Shown: positions 34,093 through 34,973 of the stretch, piece after piece
How the letters are laid out: each line of letters starts with the position of its first letter
How positions within the stretch are numbered: position 1 is the first letter of the stretch
NCBI GenBank assembly: GCA_036382695.1
Contig: DASVHF010000071.1
Span: forward strand, 1-34,973
Direction of reading: 5' to 3'
DNA length: 34,973 nucleotides
Source: Candidatus Nanoarchaeia archaeon
GTDB taxonomy: Bacteria; Patescibacteriota; Microgenomatia; Woykebacterales; RBG-16-39-9b
Notes under the pieces: generated by a model
Databases searched by the model: none
Told to the model about the DNA's origin: nothing
The model's input: only the letters and a program-made list of their open reading frames with translations
Program-made: the position numbers and the translations under genes

Positions 34093-34655
34093 TTTTTAGC
34101 TTTCGCCGTAACGCTTAGATATTTACGCGTCACTAATATTAAGCCAATTAATACAACCAAAAGCTCCAAAAATAACCAACGTTTATCAACCGCGGCCATT
34201 CCCCGGCCGGCACCATAAAGGATTGTGAAAATTCCACCAAAAACAAATCCTGGTGCGACAGGTCCCATTGCTTCACTCAAAAAGAGTGCTCCTCCAGCAA
34301 GTGCAACAAAACCAATTATTGTAATTGGAATAAAGACGTTGCGATTGTAAGTCTCATTTTCTTTCTGGAAATCCTTGTTGCATTTATTCATAGCCGCTTG
34401 CTCAGAATCGCTCGGACCTTCCTTGCCGTAGTTCCCCTCCTGAAGGAATTGGCAATTTTCACTCATTTTTGGAGAAGCGTAAAAAGCCTCTATCCCCAAA
34501 CCAACCATCAGCGGAAAAACCACTGCGATTGCTACTCCAAGTCCCATTTTGACAACTGTATTCATTATATCCTCACCTCCTTTACTAGTACTGTAGGCTA
34601 CAAAGCCTCCAACAATAACCAGCACTATAATTAATATACCTGCTAAGCCTATCAT
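34089..34655 (-). CDS. membrane protein (4-5 TM with a Cys-containing extracytoplasmic loop), hypothetical, inserted between the two transketolase subunit genes
   Basis: Hydrophobic segments flank the loop SENCQFLQEGNYGKEGPSDSEQAAMNKCNKDF. 4-nt overlap with the downstream tkt subunit gene. Confidence 0.55.
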   Translation of the reverse strand: MIGLAGILIIVLVIVGGFVAYSTSKGGEDIMNTVVKMGLGVAIAVVFPLMVGLGIEAFYASPKMSENCQFLQEGNYGKEGPSDSEQAAMNKCNKDFQKENETYNRNVFIPITIIGFVALAGGALFLSEAMGPVAPGFVFGGIFTILYGAGRGMAAVDKRWLFLELLVVLIGLILVTRKYLSVTAKAKK

Positions 34656-34685
34656 TTTCTTTTAGCTAACGCAAAAGTTGTAAAG

Positions 34686-34973
34686 TTACCCATACTCGCT
34701 CACAATCTTACCCTTCAATGTCCGAATCTCACGTAAGGCTTTTTTCGCTTCTTCCGGGTCCGGCGGTTTACCATGCCATCCTGGCTGCCACTCCATGAAA
34801 TCAACTCCCTTACCCGGAATAGTATGGGCAATAATTACCGAGGGCGCATTGAAAATTACTTTCGCTTCGTTGCAGGCATCAATAATTTCTTCAATATTGT
34901 GGCCATCAATATCTTGGGTATGCCAACCAAAAGCCTTGAATTTGTCGATCAGGGGCTCAAGCGGCATCACATG
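34686..34973 (-). CDS. transketolase, N-terminal (TPP-binding) subunit, 3' end only (gene continues beyond the window)
   Basis: ...FGWHTQDIDGHNIEEIIDACNEAK...PSVIIAHTIPGKGVDFMEWQPGWHGKPP is the conserved end of the Tkt N-subunit. The Met at 34970 is internal. Confidence 0.88.
   Translation of the reverse strand, partial: HVMPLEPLIDKFKAFGWHTQDIDGHNIEEIIDACNEAKVIFNAPSVIIAHTIPGKGVDFMEWQPGWHGKPPDPEEAKKALREIRTLKGKIVSEYG

Overview
This is a gene-dense window, mostly on the minus strand, from an AT-leaning bacterium. It looks like a small-genome Patescibacteria/CPR-type organism. That is an inference from the split transketolase, the archaeal-type PGI/PMI, the class II RNR, the many 4-nt gene overlaps and the tiny membrane proteins interleaved with metabolic genes.

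Core content:
- greA, uppS and tRNA-Glu(CUC).
- A deoxynucleotide/redox block: nrdR-nrdJ with NrdR boxes, trxB and a glutaredoxin.
- A cobalamin riboswitch controlling a two-gene putative B12 capture/uptake module.
- Sugar-phosphate metabolism: phosphohexomutase, IMPase-family phosphatase, PGI/PMI, class II FBP aldolase, a PfkB kinase, ribokinase and split transketolase.
- An envelope glycan locus: PIG-L deacetylase, WbqC-like protein, GH18 lipoprotein, processive GT2 synthase, UDP-glucuronate decarboxylase and a nucleotide-sugar dehydrogenase.

Accessory-looking parts:
- A lower-GC stretch (about 2.3-6 kb) with a small methyltransferase flanked by two decayed paralogous repeats, an orphan 237-aa protein, and a zinc-ribbon/Mrr-type nuclease translationally coupled to HIT hydrolase and ribokinase.
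- A Lon-derived AAA+ protein with no protease domain.
- A GC-rich Nudix patch.
- A GC-rich proline-rich tail-anchored protein.

I saw no CRISPR array, rRNA, integrase or transposase. All protein family calls rest on motif recognition by eye and need HMM or BLAST confirmation.
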